DNA of 64,000 nt, taken from NCBI GenBank assembly GCA_902525735.1, contig CABZIF010000005.1, forward strand, positions 25,919-89,918, in the 5' to 3' direction. Below the pieces are notes generated by a model. The model was not told where the DNA came from. It ran no database searches and saw only the letters and a list, made by a program, of their open reading frames with translations. Shown here in pieces: positions 1-9,640 of this stretch (positions are counted from its first letter, which is position 1; each line of letters opens with the position of its first letter). A program made the position numbers and the translations under genes. This DNA comes from an uncultured SAR86 cluster bacterium (GTDB lineage: Bacteria; Pseudomonadota; Gammaproteobacteria; Magnimaribacterales; AG-339-G14).

Positions 1-1450
1 TTTCACCTAAAATTTCTTCATATTCCTTTACAAGATTATCCTGCTCTAAACCGGTCAATTTTTGGAGTCTTAAATCTAAAATGGCCTGAGCTTGGACAGG
101 TGATAATTTATATGATGATCCAGATAGGCCAAAATCCTCACTCAAAGACTCTGGTCTTGTGGTTATTTCACCAGCATTTTTTATTAGTTTCGAGACAACT
201 CCCGATTTCCATTTTTTTGCAAGAAGTTTTTCTTTAGCAACCTGAGGATCTTTTGATTTTTTTATCAAATCTATCACCTGATCAATATTAGCCAACGAAA
301 CTGCTAAGCCTTCAAGAATATGACCTCTATCTTTTGCTTTATTCAGCTCAAATTCTGTTCTTCTAGAAACGACTGTTCTTCTGTGAGAAATAAAAATTTC
401 TAGAAGTTCTTTTAAGTTAAGAAGCTTTGGGGTTTTATTAACGAGGGCGACATTATTAACTCCAAAGGCACTTTCTAACGGTGTTAAAGAATATAAATTA
501 TTTAGAATTACTTCTGGATTCTGTCCAGATCTTATTTCTATAACAATTCTCACTCCTTCTTTGTCAGATTCATCTCTTATCTCGGACATGCCTTCAACTT
601 TTTTATCTCTAGCTAGTTGGGCAATTTTTTCAACTAATCTAGCCTTATTCTGTTGATAGGGTATTTCAGAAATTATTATTTTTGATTTATCTTTAGAATC
701 AGTTTCAATTTCCGCTTTTGCCCTTAAGACTATCCTTCCTTTCCCTGTTTTTGCGGCTTCAATTAGTCCTGAAGAACCATTTATTATTCCTCCAGTAGGA
801 AAATCCGGTCCAGGAATTATTTTTATTAACTCATCAAGTTCAATATTGGAATTCTCTAACAGAGCAAGACTTGCATTAACTGATTCCGTTAAGTTATGAG
901 GCAGCATATTGGTAGCCATACCTACCGCAATTCCTGCAGAACCATTCACTAATAAATTTGGTATTTTGGTAGGTAATACATCTGGAATAAATTCCGTGCC
1001 ATCGTAATTTTCAACAAAATCTACAGTATTTTTATTTAAATCGGCTAAAAGTTCTTGAGTGATTTTAGCCATTCTTACTTCCGTATATCTCATTGCGGCT
1101 GCACCGTCCCCGTCCATTGAACCAAAATTACCTTGGCCATCGACCAGCGGGTATCTCAATGCAAAATCTTGGGCCATTCTAACTATTGTTTCGTAAACTG
1201 CTCCATCGCCATGAGGGTGATATTTACCGATTACATCTCCTACAATCCTTGCGGATTTTTTATGTGCTAAATTCCAGTTATTATTTAAAACATCCATTGC
1301 AAATAAAGTTCTTCTATGAACAGGCTTCAATCCATCCCTTGCGTCCGGTAAAGCCCTCCCCACTATTACGCTCATAGCGTATTCCATATAAGAATTTTTA
1401 AGCTCTTCTTCTATGTTTATGGGAATTATTTCTTTAGCTATGTCGTCCAT
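1..1450 (-). CDS. gyrA: DNA gyrase subunit A, N-terminal ~483 codons. The 3' end runs off the window and the gene is absent from the supplied ORF track.
   Basis: Manual reverse-strand translation from the ATG at 1450..1448 gives [47 protein letters not shown]...[22 protein letters not shown]...[21 protein letters not shown]. The catalytic Tyr motif AAMRYTE is present and the frame stays open to position 1. Confidence 0.95.
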   Translation of the reverse strand, partial: MDDIAKEIIPINIEEELKNSYMEYAMSVIVGRALPDARDGLKPVHRRTLFAMDVLNNNWNLAHKKSARIVGDVIGKYHPHGDGAVYETIVRMAQDFALRYPLVDGQGNFGSMDGDGAAAMRYTEVRMAKITQELLADLNKNTVDFVENYDGTEFIPDVLPTKIPNLLVNGSAGIAVGMATNMLPHNLTESVNASLALLENSNIELDELIKIIPGPDFPTGGIINGSSGLIEAAKTGKGRIVLRAKAEIETDSKDKSKIIISEIPYQQNKARLVEKIAQLARDKKVEGMSEIRDESDKEGVRIVIEIRSGQNPEVILNNLYSLTPLESAFGVNNVALVNKTPKLLNLKELLEIFISHRRTVVSRRTEFELNKAKDRGHILEGLAVSLANIDQVIDLIKKSKDPQVAKEKLLAKKWKSGVVSKLIKNAGEITTRPESLSEDFGLSGSSYKLSPVQAQAILDLRLQKLTGLEQDNLVKEYEEILGE

Positions 1451-1562
1451 AAAGTGAGGAATTTTTGATAAAAAAGATTAAAGTTTTTTTTAAAAATGTA
1501 TGCAATTTCAAAGCCTAAATTATACCATCTAGCTGCATAATAAAGTCTTTAAATTAGCTAAT

Positions 1563-2972
1563 TTATGACTTAAATTCAGAGACTAAAGTGGAAATTGATT
1601 CTTTAGCATCTCCGAATAACATTCTTGAGTTTTCTTTTAAAAAAAGAGGATTATCTATTCCTGCAAAACCGGAAGCCATAGATCTTTTGAGGACAAAAAC
1701 GGTTTTAGCTCTGTCCACTTCTATGACAGGCATTCCATAAATTGGGCTACCCTCATTTTCTCTGGCATCGGGATTAACAACGTCATTTGCCCCAATAACA
1801 ACGCAAACATCTACAGTATCCATAATTGGATTCACATCATCCGGCTCAACTAATAAATCATAAGATACATTCGCTTCGGCTAATAAAACATTCATATGCC
1901 CAGGCATTCGTCCAGCAACAGGGTGAATGCCATAATTTACTTCGCATCCATTTTCTTCTAATAGTTCTCCTAATTCTCTTACACTGTGTTGAGCTTGAGA
2001 CACTGCCATCCCATAACCAGGAACAAATAAAACAGAATTCGCTGCCTCTAGAATTAAATATGCATCTGAAGTATTGATTGGCTTAACTTCTCCTTGTATT
2101 TCTCCAGATTTGTTTCCATCTGATGAAGAAACAGCTCCAAAGCCTCCAAAAAGAACATTCATTAAAGATCTATTCATCGCTTTGCACATTATGTTTGTAA
2201 GTATCAAACCACTAGCACCAACTAACGAACCAGCCACAATCAAAACGTTATTATTGATTACAAAACCAGCTGCAGCTGCAGCTAAACCTGAATAACTATT
2301 TAATAAAGCTATAATTACGGGCATGTCAGCACCGCCAATAGGAGCTGTAAGTAAAACTCCTAATATTAAAGCGGTAATTGTTAGGGAAACTAAAAGATAG
2401 AATCTTGAGATTCCTAGAGACCCACTATCTACAATAATTTCGATTCCTAATATAAAGGACAAGACAATAAAAATGATTAAAACTGCTCTCTGACCAAAAT
2501 ATAGAAAGGGTTTACCGTTAATAATTTCAGATAACTTTCCAAAAGCTAACAAACTACCAGTAAAAGTAACTCCGCCGATTAAAACGGTCAAAAAAACAGC
2601 CGTGAGAGCAATTGCATTCAAAGCAGAAGTTATATTTAAAAACTCTGCTGAGCCCACAAGCAAACTAGCTATTCCTCCAAAACCATTAAATAATGCTACT
2701 AATTCAGGCATAGTAGTCATTTTTACAAAGGACGCAGCTGAAGCCCCTACAATTGCACCAGCTATGAGTGCTATAGCAAGCCATTGATAAGAAATTATAT
2801 TGTTACCCATTAAAGTTACAATAATTGCTAAGAGCATTCCTAGGGCAGATATTAAATTACCTCTCTGCGCCGTCTCAGGAGAACTGAGCATTTTTAATCC
2901 AAAAATAAAAAAGATTGAAGCCAATATATAAGATAGGTTTACGAAAAGTTCTGACTGAAAAAACATATTCAT
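1563..2972 (-). CDS. pntB: NAD(P) transhydrogenase subunit beta
   Basis: 469 aa. The N-terminal half is polytopic membrane; the C-terminal is a soluble NADP(H) domain (VPGYGMAVSQAQH...GIHPVAGRMPGHMNVLLAEA...VIGANDVVNP). Its start overlaps the preceding pnt gene. Confidence 0.93.
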   Translation of the reverse strand: MNMFFQSELFVNLSYILASIFFIFGLKMLSSPETAQRGNLISALGMLLAIIVTLMGNNIISYQWLAIALIAGAIVGASAASFVKMTTMPELVALFNGFGGIASLLVGSAEFLNITSALNAIALTAVFLTVLIGGVTFTGSLLAFGKLSEIINGKPFLYFGQRAVLIIFIVLSFILGIEIIVDSGSLGISRFYLLVSLTITALILGVLLTAPIGGADMPVIIALLNSYSGLAAAAAGFVINNNVLIVAGSLVGASGLILTNIMCKAMNRSLMNVLFGGFGAVSSSDGNKSGEIQGEVKPINTSDAYLILEAANSVLFVPGYGMAVSQAQHSVRELGELLEENGCEVNYGIHPVAGRMPGHMNVLLAEANVSYDLLVEPDDVNPIMDTVDVCVVIGANDVVNPDARENEGSPIYGMPVIEVDRAKTVFVLKRSMASGFAGIDNPLFLKENSRMLFGDAKESISTLVSEFKS

Positions 2973-3250
2973 TTCTTTTTAAACATCCCTAGCATTCTAT
3001 TTGTTACTAAATAGCCGCCCACAACATTTATAGTTGCAAAAAAAACCGCTCCCGTACCTAGAATCGTAGTCAAGAGAACGCTATCAGAGCCTGATGAAAG
3101 AATTGCACCTACGATAGTTATCCCTGAAATTGCATTTGCCCCTGACATTAAAGGCGTATGAAGAGTAGATGGAACTTTATTAATTAATTCAAAGCCTAAA
3201 AATATTGCTAATATCAAAACAAACAATAACATTATGAAAAGACTATCCAT
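2969..3250 (-). CDS. pntAB: NAD(P) transhydrogenase subunit alpha part 2 (small membrane subunit)
   Basis: 93-aa hydrophobic protein lying between the pntAA-like and pntB genes. ATGA/TGATG overlaps on both sides indicate translational coupling. This is the three-gene pnt layout seen in Pseudomonas and Rhodospirillum. Confidence 0.85.
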   Translation of the reverse strand: MDSLFIMLLFVLILAIFLGFELINKVPSTLHTPLMSGANAISGITIVGAILSSGSDSVLLTTILGTGAVFFATINVVGGYLVTNRMLGMFKKK

Positions 3251-4377
3251 CAGCTATACCTCTCTTTTACTATGGAGTTTACGAATTCTCCTTTATGCGT
3301 AACAAGACATCCAGATAATATCTCGTCGCTTGTTGTAATTTCTAATATGGAATTTTTTTGATCCCAAAATTCATCGATAAGATTAAATATATTTGCAGAA
3401 TAAACTTGGCTAGCATGTACAGCAACTTCTCCGGGAAGATTTGTATTACCTACAATAGTTATACCGTTTAAATCTACATTTTCATTTGGTTTTGAACCCT
3501 CGACATTCCCACCAGTTCCAACAGCCATATCTACGATTACGCTACCAGGATTCATGTCTTCTATCATCTCTGAAGTGATAATAACGGGGGCTTTTCGCCC
3601 AAAAACTTGAGCGGTCGTAATTATTACATCGGAGTTTGAGCATACTTTTTTCATCCCAGCTCTTTGAAGATTTATCTGTTCAGCTGTTAATTCCTTTGCG
3701 TAACCTTGAGATGTTTCCTCAGTTTCTCCAATATCAATTTTGACAAATCTTGCACCTAAAGATTTTACTTGCTCTTCAACAACCGGCCTAGTGTCAAAAG
3801 CTTCAACTTTAGCGCCTAATCTTTTCGCTGTAGCAATTGCTTGAAGACCAGCCACGCCTACCCCAACAACAAAAACTTTAGAAGGTGAAATTGTTCCAGC
3901 TGCCGTCATCATCATAGGAAAAGACTTGGAAAGAATATTAGAGGCTATTAAAACTGCCGCGTACCCACCTAAATTTGCTTGCGAACTTAGTGCGTCCATT
4001 TTTTGAGCTCGAGTAGTTCTTGGGATCAACTCCATGCTGATTGAAGAAATTTTCTTTATTTTTAGGTCTTCAACTAACACTTTATCGTTAAAAGGATCCA
4101 AAAAACTGACAATAAGAGAATTTTCTTTTACATCAATTAAATCGTCCCTAGATAATTTGTTTACGGAACAAATAACATTTCCTTCTTTAAGACCTTTTTT
4201 TCGGTCTACTATTTCAGCGCCAAGTTCTTTATAAATTTCATCTTTAAATCCGAGGTGCAAACCAATATTTGTTTGTACAGAAACTTTTAAACCACTATCT
4301 AAATATTTTTTTAAGAAATCGGGAGTGATAGAAATTCTTGTCTCTGAATCTAGCTCTTTAGGAAAAAAAATTTTCAT
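3250..4377 (-). CDS. pntAA: NAD(P) transhydrogenase subunit alpha part 1 (alanine-dehydrogenase-like dI domain)
   Basis: 375 aa with a Rossmann motif VFVVGVGVAGLQAIATAKRLGA and an alanine dehydrogenase/PNT N- and C-domain pattern. Confidence 0.92.
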   Translation of the reverse strand: MKIFFPKELDSETRISITPDFLKKYLDSGLKVSVQTNIGLHLGFKDEIYKELGAEIVDRKKGLKEGNVICSVNKLSRDDLIDVKENSLIVSFLDPFNDKVLVEDLKIKKISSISMELIPRTTRAQKMDALSSQANLGGYAAVLIASNILSKSFPMMMTAAGTISPSKVFVVGVGVAGLQAIATAKRLGAKVEAFDTRPVVEEQVKSLGARFVKIDIGETEETSQGYAKELTAEQINLQRAGMKKVCSNSDVIITTAQVFGRKAPVIITSEMIEDMNPGSVIVDMAVGTGGNVEGSKPNENVDLNGITIVGNTNLPGEVAVHASQVYSANIFNLIDEFWDQKNSILEITTSDEILSGCLVTHKGEFVNSIVKERYS

Positions 4378-4441
4378 ATAAATATAAATTTACTTAATTT
4401 TAATGACAAAAACCTATTAAATCTAACATAATGCTTCTGTA

Positions 4442-5137
4442 ATGAATATCGATCCATCGGAAAAAGAAAAATTTAATAAAATTGCCGAAGAATGGTGGGA
4501 TCCCAATGGAAAATTTGCCCCACTTCATATTATCAACCCTTTGAGATCTAATTATGTTTCTGAAAAAGTCGATTTAAAAAATAAAAATGTTATTGATGTC
4601 GCTTGTGGCGGTGGATTGCTGGTAGAAGCTTTACATAATTTTGGGGCTAATGTTACCGGCATCGATATATCTGATGTTGCGATTAATACAGCACAAATTC
4701 ATGCAAAAAAAGCTAATTGCGATGTAACATATATTAACGGAGAAGCCGAAGAGCTGTTACCGGAAAAAAAAGAAGCGTTTGATGTAGTTACCTGTTTAGA
4801 AGCAATTGAGCATGTTCCAGACCCACAACAATTGGTGAAAACTTGTTCTGATTTATGCAAACCTGGTGGAACTATAGTTTTTTCAACAATTAATAGAAAT
4901 CCCAAATCTTTTCTATTTGCAATCATAGGGGCGGAATATATTTTAAATCTTTTGCCTAAAGGCACTCATGAGTTCAAAAAATTTATCAAACCTTCAGAAC
5001 TTTCAAATATGATGAGAAATTCTAATTTAGAGGTAAAGGAAATTATAGGAATGAGTTATAACCCTCTCACTAAGAAATATTGGCTTGGAAAAGACGTAGA
5101 CGTAAACTACTTAATCCATGCAGAAAAATCTAAATAA
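4442..5137 (+). CDS. ubiG: Bifunctional 3-demethylubiquinol / 2-polyprenyl-6-hydroxyphenol O-methyltransferase
   Basis: EKFNKIAEEWWDPNGKFAPLHIINPLR...VIDVACGGGLLVEAL is near-collinear with E. coli UbiG, including SAM motif I. Confidence 0.9.
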   Translation: MNIDPSEKEKFNKIAEEWWDPNGKFAPLHIINPLRSNYVSEKVDLKNKNVIDVACGGGLLVEALHNFGANVTGIDISDVAINTAQIHAKKANCDVTYINGEAEELLPEKKEAFDVVTCLEAIEHVPDPQQLVKTCSDLCKPGGTIVFSTINRNPKSFLFAIIGAEYILNLLPKGTHEFKKFIKPSELSNMMRNSNLEVKEIIGMSYNPLTKKYWLGKDVDVNYLIHAEKSK

Positions 5138-5783
5138 AAAATATAAATTATTTCTATTTGACTTAGATGGCACACTTTTGGATACAGCTAAAGAATTTCA
5201 TTTAGCCTTGAATGAAGTTTTAAAAAAAGAAGGCAAAGAAAGTCAAAAATTTGAAAAAGTAAGAGAAAAGGTATCTGACGGAGCTGGAGCCTTGGTAACT
5301 TTGGGGTATAACATAGATGAGCAAAATATTAATTTTGAAGAAAAAAGAAATGCTCTGTTAAAGGCCTACAAAAAGGTCTTTTTAGATTCAAGGCCTTTCG
5401 AAGGAGTAGACGAAGTTATCTCTTTGTTTGAAGAAAGAAAGATGCTTTGGGGAATAGTCACTAATAAACCAAAAATATTTTCAGCTCAAATATTCAAATC
5501 TTTGGGATGGGACAAAAAAGCAAAAATATTGGTTTGTCCCGATGACGTTGAGAATTTGAGAAAACCTGATCCAGCCACGTTAAAATATGCTTTAAAAAAA
5601 TTGAATCAACATCCCAAAGATACACTTTATGTGGGTGATAATTGGCGAGATCTTGAAGCTGCAAGAAATGCAAGTATAACCCCTGTTTTTGCTGAATATG
5701 GATATGTAAAAGACAAAGAATTTCCTCCTAATAAAAACGGCTTTAATATTAGTAATATTAAAGAAATCCTTACTTTTACTTAA
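5118..5783 (+). CDS. HAD-superfamily phosphatase (phosphoglycolate phosphatase / MupP-like)
   Basis: Has the HAD motif I FDLDGTLLDT, VTNKP, and a late GDNxxD motif. It sits directly after ubiG, as the HAD phosphatase (mupP) does in Pseudomonas. Confidence 0.75.
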   Translation: MQKNLNKKYKLFLFDLDGTLLDTAKEFHLALNEVLKKEGKESQKFEKVREKVSDGAGALVTLGYNIDEQNINFEEKRNALLKAYKKVFLDSRPFEGVDEVISLFEERKMLWGIVTNKPKIFSAQIFKSLGWDKKAKILVCPDDVENLRKPDPATLKYALKKLNQHPKDTLYVGDNWRDLEAARNASITPVFAEYGYVKDKEFPPNKNGFNISNIKEILTFT

Positions 5784-6486
5784 AAAATTCTTTAATCTCT
5801 TTATCCTCTAAATCTCTAAATTTGCCAGGAGAAAGATCAGCGGGTAAAAAGATATGCCCTAATCTTGTTCTCTTTAGCCTCGAAACTTCAAAACCTAAAC
5901 TGTTCCACAATTTTCTAACTGCTCTATTTTTGCCTTCCATGATAACCATAGCAAACCAAGTATGAGATTTAGTAGTCCTCCCTCTTACTACATCAGTAAA
6001 TTTTAAAAAATCCTCTTCGATTTTTATTCCTTTTAAAAGCTTTTTTAAATCCTCTTCCGTTGGTTTGCCTCTTATTCTTGCTAGATACTCCCTTTCTAGT
6101 TGTTTCTTCGGATGTATTATTTTGTTAGCTAAAACTCCATCATTTGAAAATAAAAGTAGTCCGCTTGTATTTATGTCTAATCTTCCTAAAGCTACCCATC
6201 TAGAGTTTTTTAAAATTGGAAGATTGTCAAAAACTGTTGGCTTGCCATATCCCGCTTTCGAACAGATCTCACCTATTGGCTTGTGATAAATGATAAGTCT
6301 TTTTTTTGAAGGAGTTAATTTAATCTCTTTGCCGTCAATAAATATTTTATCTTCAGCTTCTACTTTATCGCCTAATCTAGCTTTTTTATCGTTTAAAAAG
6401 ACTCTTCCAGATTCAATAAGCAATTCAGCTTTTCTTCTTGAACATATACCAGCATCTGCGACAGCCTTTTGAAGGCGAACTGCCAT
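5776..6486 (-). CDS. rluB: 23S rRNA pseudouridine synthase, RsuA/RluB family
   Basis: N-terminal S4 domain (RLQKAVADAGICSRRKAELLI) and catalytic GRLDINTSGLLLFSNDG. It follows scpB, as in other gammaproteobacteria. Confidence 0.8.
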   Translation of the reverse strand: MAVRLQKAVADAGICSRRKAELLIESGRVFLNDKKARLGDKVEAEDKIFIDGKEIKLTPSKKRLIIYHKPIGEICSKAGYGKPTVFDNLPILKNSRWVALGRLDINTSGLLLFSNDGVLANKIIHPKKQLEREYLARIRGKPTEEDLKKLLKGIKIEEDFLKFTDVVRGRTTKSHTWFAMVIMEGKNRAVRKLWNSLGFEVSRLKRTRLGHIFLPADLSPGKFRDLEDKEIKEFFK

Positions 6487-6488
6487 TT

Positions 6489-7079
6489 TTATTCCTGAAT
6501 CGAGGCTTTTTCCTCTTTTTGCTCTTCAATAAGCAATGGCATCTGAATTTCTTCTGGTATATTTCCTATATCAGGTAATTCAGGCAAATCTGATAATTTT
6601 CTTAAATTCAAGTCGTCTAAAAAATCCTTCGTAGTAGATAGCAAAGAAGGTCTTCCAGGAACATCCCTATGGCCTACTACTTTAATCCACCCTCGATCCA
6701 TTAAATTTCTTATAATTTGGCTACTCACTGAAACTCCTCTTACCTCTTCAATCTCGGCCCTAGTGATTGGTTGTTTATAAGCAATTAAAGCAAGTGTTTC
6801 CATCATTGCTCGCGAAAACTTTTGAGGCTTTGTTTCCCAAAGTTTTGAAATCCAGGTGGAGTATTCTTGCTTAACTTTCAGTCTATATCCATTAGCCACC
6901 TTAACCAATTCAATACTGCGCTCTGAATAAAAATTCTCAAGCTTATTTAGTGCCTCTTTAATATCTGCTGAATCTACACCGTCTGAATCATTGAAAGCTT
7001 TCAAAATTTCAGCCTCAGTCAGAGGTCTCGAAGATGATAGCAATAGAGATTCGACAATCTTTTCTGTGTTTTCAGTCAT
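6489..7079 (-). CDS. scpB: Segregation and condensation protein B
   Basis: Winged-helix ScpB pattern (SRPLTEAEI...LSRAMMETLALIAYKQPITRAEIEEVRGV). I place the start at the ATG at 7079, which lies 1 nt after the scpA stop. The ORF-track start at 7121 is a TTG inside scpA. Confidence 0.85.
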   Translation of the reverse strand: MTENTEKIVESLLLSSSRPLTEAEILKAFNDSDGVDSADIKEALNKLENFYSERSIELVKVANGYRLKVKQEYSTWISKLWETKPQKFSRAMMETLALIAYKQPITRAEIEEVRGVSVSSQIIRNLMDRGWIKVVGHRDVPGRPSLLSTTKDFLDDLNLRKLSDLPELPDIGNIPEEIQMPLLIEEQKEEKASIQE

Positions 7080-7080
7080 A

Positions 7081-7896
7081 TCAGTGAATTTCCTCTTTGG
7101 CCGATAGATAAATTTGACCAAAATCTTCGGTCTGGATTAAAGTGATCAAAGAATCTTTGACTAATTCCAGCATAGCTAGAAAATTAACAATGATTCCAAT
7201 TTTTCCTTCTTCGATAAGACAAATATTAAAAAAGTCTAAATATTTTTCATTCACCAAAAGATCAAGAATGTAAGACATTTTTTCTCTGGTAGAAAGTTTT
7301 TCAAATTCTATTATATGACTGACATTTAATTTCTGTCTTTCGATCAATTCAGCAAAAACTTGAACTATTTGACTTAAATCAACAGAAGGAAGATTTTCTT
7401 TTGATTCAAATTCAGGTAATGCAGAAGAAGCAATATAAAAATCTCTATTTATTCTAGGTAGCTCTTCAATCTTATTAGACGCTTCTTTGTACCTCTCATA
7501 TTCTTGAAGTCTTCTAATTAATTCAGATCTGGGATCGTCCTCTTCATTTTCTTCGTCAAACTCTTTCGGCAGCATCATCCTTGATTTGATTTCTGTTAAG
7601 TAAGCCGCCATCACAAGATACTCTCCAACTAAATCAAATTGAATCTTTTCCATTAATTCGATGTATTGAACGTATTGATCTGTGATTTTAGAAACATCTA
7701 TTTCTAAAATATTTAAATTTTGTTTTTTTATAAAATACAGCAGTAGGTCAAGAGGCCCTTCAAAAGATTCCAAAAAAATCTTTAACGCATTTGGAGGGAT
7801 ATATAAGTCATCTGAAGGTAGAGATACTTCCTCGCCATTAAGAATTGCAAGGTTAAATTCAGCTTGTTTAGGCTGAAAAACAGAAGTTTTAACCAT
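7081..7896 (-). CDS. scpA: Segregation and condensation protein A
   Basis: ScpA kleisin pattern (FEGPLDLLLYFIKKQNLNILEIDVSKITDQY). The ATG at 7896 is preferred over the upstream TTG at 7920. Confidence 0.85.
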   Translation of the reverse strand: MVKTSVFQPKQAEFNLAILNGEEVSLPSDDLYIPPNALKIFLESFEGPLDLLLYFIKKQNLNILEIDVSKITDQYVQYIELMEKIQFDLVGEYLVMAAYLTEIKSRMMLPKEFDEENEEDDPRSELIRRLQEYERYKEASNKIEELPRINRDFYIASSALPEFESKENLPSVDLSQIVQVFAELIERQKLNVSHIIEFEKLSTREKMSYILDLLVNEKYLDFFNICLIEEGKIGIIVNFLAMLELVKDSLITLIQTEDFGQIYLSAKEEIH

Positions 7897-7971
7897 AAAT
7901 ATAGCGCAATTATAAGGCAAAAACGCTTTCTACACACTATATAGTGGTTTTTTTAATAATTTATCCTAGAT

Positions 7972-9582
7972 TTAGGGCTTCCATCCATTAGTAATTGGAT
8001 ATCTTCTATCTTTTCCAAAATTTCTGTCAGAAATTTTAATTCCTATAGGCACCTGTCTTCTTTTGTATTCATTTAAATCAATTAATCTTAAAATCCGTCT
8101 CACTTCATCCTCGTCAAAACCTTTAGAAATTATGTCATTTGGACTCATATCCTTCTCGACATACATTTCAATGATAGGATCCAAAATACTGTAATCTGGT
8201 AATGAATCAGTATCTTTTTGATCTGGCGCTAATTCTGCTGAAGGAGGCCTCTCGATTATTCTTTCAGGTATCACAAGATTTTTTGAATTTCTAAAATTAG
8301 ACAATTTATAAACTAAAGTCTTGCTAACATCTTTTAACACAGAAAAACCTCCAGCAGTGTCGCCATATAGAGTTGAATAACCTACTGCAGCTTCACTTTT
8401 ATTTCCTGTCGTTAGAACCAAATAACCCAACTTATTTGAAAGAGCCATTAAAGTAACCCCCCGGCAACGAGATTGCAGATTTTCTTCTGTCTTATCTATT
8501 TCTTTATTTTCAAAAGAAGGCTGTAACACGTCCGAAAAAGATTCATAAATTTCTTTGATAGAAATGACCGAATGATTAATGGAAAGGTTTTCTGCCAATT
8601 CTTTTGCATCTTCTATACTCATATCAGCTGTATAATCGAAGGGCATCATCACTGTATTAACTCTAGAGGAGCCTAGGGCATCATAGGCAATTGTTGCAGT
8701 CAAAGCAGAATCAATTCCCCCGGAGGATCCTATAATAATTCCTTTAAAACCGTTTTTATTTACATAATCTTTAGTTCCCATAACTAAAGCGCTATATATA
8801 TCCTCTAGATCATCGGATTGATATTTTTCTACTTCATCAATAAGGAGTTTAAATTCTTTACTCTTGGTAATCTCAATTTCCTTTGAATCAATTTCAAAAC
8901 TTTTAAATTTAAAAATTTCTTCGTCTCCAGAAAAAATCAATGATGACCCGTCAAAAACTAATTCATCCTGTCCACCAACTTGGTTTAAATAAATTATTGG
9001 TGCCTTGTACTTTTTAAGATAAGACGAAAGCATCTTTTCTCTTGTAATCTTTTTTGTGACCGTAAAGGGCGAAGCACTTAGGTTAATTATAATTTCTGCT
9101 CCATCGTTAACTAAATTGGAAACATATTGTTCAGACCAAATATCTTCACAAATAGATAGACCGAATTTAATTCCATCAAATTCGATGATTTTATTTTCTT
9201 TTCCACTAGTAAAATATCGTCTTTCATCGAATTCTTTGTAATTAGGCAAGACTTGTTTTGAATATATGTCTTTTATTTCATTCTTTTCCAAGAAGTAAGC
9301 AGAATTAAAGATTTCTTTATCTTTTTTTGAAGGAGCTCCAATGATTATAGAAATATTAGAAGTTAAATTTGATAGTTCATTAATTGATGCTTCTATTTTT
9401 TCCATAAAATCAGATCTCAAAACTAAATCTTCTGGCGGATATCCAGAAAGAAACATTTCGCTAAAAATTACTAATTCAATCCCATTTTTTTCAGCCTTTT
9501 CAACTTCTTTTTTTGCTATCAGAAGGTTTCCTGATATGTCTCCCACTATAGGGTTTTCTTGAATCAATTTAATTTTTGCCAT
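7972..9582 (-). CDS. nadE: Glutamine-dependent NAD+ synthetase (CN-hydrolase domain fused to a NAD synthetase domain)
   Basis: 536 aa. The N-terminal nitrilase-like domain has the ICEDIW catalytic Cys motif. The C-terminal domain has the PP-loop SGGIDS. Confidence 0.93.
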   Translation of the reverse strand: MAKIKLIQENPIVGDISGNLLIAKKEVEKAEKNGIELVIFSEMFLSGYPPEDLVLRSDFMEKIEASINELSNLTSNISIIIGAPSKKDKEIFNSAYFLEKNEIKDIYSKQVLPNYKEFDERRYFTSGKENKIIEFDGIKFGLSICEDIWSEQYVSNLVNDGAEIIINLSASPFTVTKKITREKMLSSYLKKYKAPIIYLNQVGGQDELVFDGSSLIFSGDEEIFKFKSFEIDSKEIEITKSKEFKLLIDEVEKYQSDDLEDIYSALVMGTKDYVNKNGFKGIIIGSSGGIDSALTATIAYDALGSSRVNTVMMPFDYTADMSIEDAKELAENLSINHSVISIKEIYESFSDVLQPSFENKEIDKTEENLQSRCRGVTLMALSNKLGYLVLTTGNKSEAAVGYSTLYGDTAGGFSVLKDVSKTLVYKLSNFRNSKNLVIPERIIERPPSAELAPDQKDTDSLPDYSILDPIIEMYVEKDMSPNDIISKGFDEDEVRRILRLIDLNEYKRRQVPIGIKISDRNFGKDRRYPITNGWKP

Positions 9583-9640
9583 ATTTTTTAAATTTTGATT
9601 TTCAATTTAGAATAGAATAGATACAATCAACCACTTTGTT

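Noticed and set aside
1186-1377. A short ORF antisense to gyrA. The track contains many similar 60-140 aa ORFs embedded antisense or out of frame in long genes, for example 1826..2077, 2074..2295, 4034..4234, 13987..14169, 21886..22248, 33197..33565, 36653..37078 and 61445..61729.
   Set aside because: Each lies entirely inside a long, well-conserved gene on the other strand or frame. They have low-complexity or hydrophobic composition typical of antisense translation, and none has a recognisable motif or ribosome-binding site.
1551-1564. A perfect AT-only palindrome AAATTAGCTAATTT overlapping the pntB stop, as a possible terminator or operator.
   Set aside because: The stem is almost purely A/T with no loop or T-tract, such palindromes are expected by chance in AT-rich DNA, and there is no supporting context.
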